A stretch of DNA of 63,556 nucleotides, counting the filler. It is 4 parts of 4 records of this genome, joined end to end, with 100 filler letters (N's around TTAATTAATTAA, not from the genome) between each part and the next. Parts side by side here need not be neighbours in the genome. Positions count along the whole stretch, not along the records: positions 53,369 to 63,556 come from SRR22947725_2689; 3 more parts are not named here. The stretch is one strand, 5' to 3'. The position numbers and the translations under genes were made by a program. The notes beneath the pieces were generated by a model that was given only the letters and a program-made list of their open reading frames with translations, was not told the origin of the DNA and made no database searches. Positions 60,424-63,556 of this stretch are shown here, in pieces. Numbering within the stretch: position 1 is the first letter of the stretch; the number at the start of each line of letters is the position of its first letter.

Positions 60424-60831
60424 TTAGTGACAGTCCTTACACAAGCCATAAAGGTAAAGAGAATGATCAGTCAACTCAAAGCCGTGTTTTTTTGCAATCT
60501 GAATTTGGTGTTGCTCAATAACATCATCTTGAAACTCTATAATCTTATTACACTTCACACAAACTAAATGGTCATGGTGTTCCAAGCCGCACAATTCATA
60601 AACCGCCTGGTTGTTCTCGAAATTAAGTTTCTGCACGATCCCTGATTCTTCAAATTGTGACAGAACACGGTAAATTGTTGCAACGCCCACCTCTTCATGT
60701 TGATCAATGAGAACTCTGTAAATGTCCTCAGCACTGAGGTGATGATTTGGAGACTTCTCTAAGACCTCTAAAATTTTCAGTCTTGGCAGGGTAACTTTTA
60801 GACCAGCACTTTTTAAATCTTCAGCATCCAT
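60424..60831 (-). CDS. fur: Ferric uptake regulator
   Basis: LKSAGLKVTLPRLKILE, ATIYRVL and HHDHLVC motifs. Divergent from bamE. Confidence 0.93.
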   Translation of the reverse strand: MDAEDLKSAGLKVTLPRLKILEVLEKSPNHHLSAEDIYRVLIDQHEEVGVATIYRVLSQFEESGIVQKLNFENNQAVYELCGLEHHDHLVCVKCNKIIEFQDDVIEQHQIQIAKKHGFELTDHSLYLYGLCKDCH

Positions 60832-60881
60832 TAAAAAATCCTTAAGGTAAAATCTACTTTATATTTTATATGTTTATAGCT

Positions 60882-61325
60882 ATGAAGAAATTAACTTTTA
60901 TTTTGCTTATCGCTTTGATGGTTACTGGTTGTTCTAACTCTCTTCCTAAAACCCCTGAACTTCCAAAGATGCCTAAGCTTTCTATGCCAGAGCTTCCAAA
61001 GATGCCTAAGCTTTCTTTGCCTAGCTGGGCAAAGCCAAAGTTGCCTTCAATTGATGTCTATAAGCCAACCATTATGCAGGGTTCAGTTTTAGATATGAGT
61101 GAAGTCAATAAGCTTCAATTAGGAATGTCAAAAGAGAGTGTCATGAATCTAATTGGCTCGCCTAGTATTATTGACCCATTTCACCAATATCAATGGGACT
61201 ATATCAATCATTCTTCGATTGAAGGAGAAATTGAAATACAGTACCGTTTAAGATTGATTTTTAAAGACAACCTTTTGACTGAAATTGATAAAAGTGGACT
61301 GGAAAGCTTATCAAACGATAAGTAA
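60882..61325 (+). CDS. bamE: Outer membrane lipoprotein BamE (SmpA/OmlA) with a proline-rich linker
   Basis: Lipobox VTGC, plus QG and GMSK..V...IGSP...DPFH..QWDY motifs. Confidence 0.9.
   Translation: MKKLTFILLIALMVTGCSNSLPKTPELPKMPKLSMPELPKMPKLSLPSWAKPKLPSIDVYKPTIMQGSVLDMSEVNKLQLGMSKESVMNLIGSPSIIDPFHQYQWDYINHSSIEGEIEIQYRLRLIFKDNLLTEIDKSGLESLSNDK
60954..61019 (+). repeat. 33-bp tandem duplication encoding PELPKMPKLS(M/L)
   Basis: Exact 24-bp core CTTCCAAAGATGCCTAAGCTTTCT at 60960 and 60993. Confidence 0.9.
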
Positions 61326-61394
61326 CTCCTTTAGTTATTTTTTTGATACCTAGATTTTTCAGTGTTTATTTAGCTTATCAACTAAAATAAACGA

Positions 61395-61997
61395 ATGTCA
61401 AAACTAATAGTAAATAACTTAAGCTGCCAAAGGGGCTACAAACTCCTCTTTGAAAATTTATCGTTTGAGTTAAATTCTGGAGAAGTATTAAAAGTCTCTG
61501 GTCCAAATGGTTCAGGTAAGACCTCATTAATGAAAATACTTGCCGGTCTTAGTTCATTTGAGACAGGCTCAATTGATTATGATGACACTAAAATTAATAG
61601 TGAGAGATACAATCTTGATTTTCTTTATCTAGGTCATTTGGCCGCTCTTAGTCCAGAGTTAAGCTGTTTAGAAAATTTAAAATATACAATGCGCCTCGGA
61701 AATGATAGTCTTGATTTAGATTTTTCTGATGCCCTTAAAAAGGTTGGCTTAAAAAAATTTGAAAATGAGCTTGTAGGCAAGCTGTCAGCTGGTCAGAAAA
61801 AAAGAATCGCACTTTCTCTTTTATTCATTACTCAATCCAAAGTATGGCTTTTAGATGAGCCTTTTTCAGCACTTGACTCAAAGGCAATCAAAATAATTGA
61901 AACTAGAGTTGAGGATCATTGCAACTCTGGCGGCATCTGTATCCTAACTACGCACCAGGAATGTAATATTAAAAACTTGAAGGAGATTTCTCTTTGA
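61395..61997 (+). CDS. ccmA: Cytochrome c maturation ABC ATPase CcmA
   Basis: GPNGSGKT, LSAGQKKR, WLLDEPF.ALD and TTHQ motifs. Confidence 0.92.
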   Translation: MSKLIVNNLSCQRGYKLLFENLSFELNSGEVLKVSGPNGSGKTSLMKILAGLSSFETGSIDYDDTKINSERYNLDFLYLGHLAALSPELSCLENLKYTMRLGNDSLDLDFSDALKKVGLKKFENELVGKLSAGQKKRIALSLLFITQSKVWLLDEPFSALDSKAIKIIETRVEDHCNSGGICILTTHQECNIKNLKEISL

Positions 61998-62659
61998 ACA
62001 TCTTCGTGCAAACAATGACAAGGGATCTTAAAATGGCCTTGAGAAATCCGTCAAGTTTCTTGAACCCTCTTATGTTTTTTGTAATCTCAATCTCTTTATT
62101 TCCGATTGCAATTAGTCCAGAAGCGCAAACTTTATCAAGCATTGCACCTGGAATAATTTGGGTTATAACAATGCTTTCAGTTCTATTATCTCTCAATTCA
62201 TTATTTCACTATGATTATGATAGTGGGGTTCTAGAGCAAATGGTTATTTCTCACCACTCATTGCCTCTAATCTTACTGGCTAAAACTTTAGCTCATTGGA
62301 TGCTTTCAGGGCTTCCAATAATCATTTTGTCTCCTTTTCTTGGAATGGCGCTTTTTATAAATACTGAAGGCATCTATATTCTCGTTTTGACTTTAATTAT
62401 AGCTACGCCATGTCTAAGTCTGATTGGCTCAATTGGAGCCTCCCTGGTTGTTGGCATTAAAAACTCAGGAATGCTGTTATCTCTATTAATTCTCCCCCTT
62501 TTCATACCGATTTTGATTTTTGCAACAAGCGCAGTATCTCAATCTCAATCTAATCTTCCAATTGATGGTCAGCTATATTTTCTAGGATTTATCTTAATTC
62601 TAAGCTTACTTATAACGCCTTTTTTAAGTGCACTATCATTAAAAATAAGTCTGGAATAG
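61994..62659 (+). CDS. ccmB: Cytochrome c maturation permease CcmB
   Basis: LFPIAI.P, APGIIW, F..DY.SGVLEQ and LLILPL.IP.LIF motifs. Confidence 0.92.
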   Translation: MNIFVQTMTRDLKMALRNPSSFLNPLMFFVISISLFPIAISPEAQTLSSIAPGIIWVITMLSVLLSLNSLFHYDYDSGVLEQMVISHHSLPLILLAKTLAHWMLSGLPIIILSPFLGMALFINTEGIYILVLTLIIATPCLSLIGSIGASLVVGIKNSGMLLSLLILPLFIPILIFATSAVSQSQSNLPIDGQLYFLGFILILSLLITPFLSALSLKISLE

Positions 62660-62661
62660 AC

Positions 62662-62689
62662 TTTACTTCTCCAATTTAAAGATTATAAT
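62662..62689 (+). promoter_or_regulatory. Sigma-70 promoter for the metK leader
   Basis: TTTACT (62662-62667), 16-nt spacer, TATAAT (62684-62689). Predicted +1 falls at the riboswitch start. Confidence 0.55.
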
Positions 62690-62694
62690 TAACT

Positions 62695-62757
62695 AACGCT
62701 GATTTGTTCCGATTGCTAGCGTTGTCGCATAATGTGACTAAAACAAGCTAAAGCTGG
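62695..62757 (+). ncRNA. SAM-II-type riboswitch upstream of metK
   Basis: P1 AACGCU/AGCGUU encloses GAUUUG...UUGC, and the 3' segment is UAAAACAAGCUAAAG. These are the conserved SAM-II elements, and the site is upstream of SAM synthetase. Confidence 0.75.
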
Positions 62758-62811
62758 CCTCTATTTCATGAAATCCATCTTTAGTATTAAATAATTTAAT
62801 AGGATTTTATT

Positions 62812-63556
62812 ATGATATTTACTTCTGAATCTGTTTCTGCTGGCCACCCCGATAAAGTTTGTGACCAAATTTCTGATGCCATTCTTGATGCTGCACTTAA
62901 TCAAGATCCTAACTCTAGAGTTGCTGTAGAGACACTTGTCAAAGACAATCAAGTCGTTTTAGCTGGAGAAATTACAACTGATGCTAATATAGATTATGAA
63001 TCTATAGTCAGAAAAACAATTCTTGGAATTGGTTATAACCAAGAGGAGTATGGATTCAATGGTGAAACATGTTCAGTTACGAATTTGCTTGGCAGGCAGT
63101 CTCAAGATATTTCAATGGGTGTCACCGAAAGTGATAGTCATGAACAAGGCGCAGGTGACCAAGGTCTTATGTTTGGTTATGCAGAAAATTCAACAGAAGA
63201 GCTAATGCCAGCCCCCATTATGTTGTCACATCAATTAGTCAGGCAGCAAGCAGATTTAATGCTAGATGGCTCGATACCTTGGCTTCGTCCAGACGCTAAA
63301 TCTCAAGTCTCTTGCATCTATGAGGGTAATCAAATTGTAGGTATTGACGCTGTAGTTTTATCTACTCAGCACGATGGAGACATCTCACTTGAGGAGCTTC
63401 GAGAGAGTGTTTTAGAAAATATTATTAAGCCAATCCTTCCTGAAAAGTGGCTTACAAGCGATACGCAATATCACATAAACCCAACAGGAAATTTTGAAAT
63501 TGGAGGTCCGGTTGGTGATGCTGGACTAACTGGAAGAAAAATTATAGTTGATACTT
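62812..63556 (+). CDS. metK: S-adenosylmethionine synthetase, runs off the window end (absent from the ORF track)
   Basis: ATG at 62812 after [30 protein letters not shown], then [21 protein letters not shown] and [14 protein letters not shown]. Confidence 0.97.
   Translation, partial: MIFTSESVSAGHPDKVCDQISDAILDAALNQDPNSRVAVETLVKDNQVVLAGEITTDANIDYESIVRKTILGIGYNQEEYGFNGETCSVTNLLGRQSQDISMGVTESDSHEQGAGDQGLMFGYAENSTEELMPAPIMLSHQLVRQQADLMLDGSIPWLRPDAKSQVSCIYEGNQIVGIDAVVLSTQHDGDISLEELRESVLENIIKPILPEKWLTSDTQYHINPTGNFEIGGPVGDAGLTGRKIIVDT

Noticed and set aside
62761-63205. ORF-track calls 62761-62952 (-) and 63023-63205 (+)
   Set aside because: Both overlap the real metK frame starting at 62812, which the track missed because it has no stop inside the window.

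Overview
This window is not one locus. It is four contigs joined by artificial 100-bp linkers (44 N + TTAATTAATTAA + 44 N at 29426-29525, 44184-44283 and 53269-53368), so no gene neighbourhood crosses a linker. Contig A (1-29425) is AT-rich, and its gene content suggests a streamlined marine Rhodobacterales-like alphaproteobacterium (inference). It carries TRAP/ABC/MFS transporters, an HxlR-linked set of four small proteins, a rapZ-like/HAD/ABC divergon, sbmA, and an operon of a SELENBP1-type (methanethiol oxidase family) gene, a 2Fe-2S ferredoxin and a CoA-binding protein. Contig B (29526-44183; taxon uncertain, possibly PVC/Lentisphaerae-like) has a flagellar export operon fliO-fliP-fliQ-fliR-flhB-flhA-flhF-flhG-orf-fliA-orf-FHA-rpoN with three sigma54-type promoters. 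It also has a divergent maf gene joined abruptly to a lutBC-SDR-FAH deoxy-sugar catabolic operon. Contig C (44284-53268) is a higher-GC gammaproteobacterial asnS and rseP-bamA-skp-lpxD-fabZ-lpxB-rnhB region that lacks lpxA. Contig D (53369-63556) is an AT-rich gammaproteobacterial core region (SUP05/Thioglobaceae-like by inference): tolAQR, ybgC, ruvB, hemA, prfA, znuB, fur, bamE, ccmAB, and metK preceded by a SAM-II-type riboswitch and a candidate mini leader ORF. I saw no rRNA, tRNA, CRISPR array or transposase. All family assignments come from motif recognition by eye, not from database searches.
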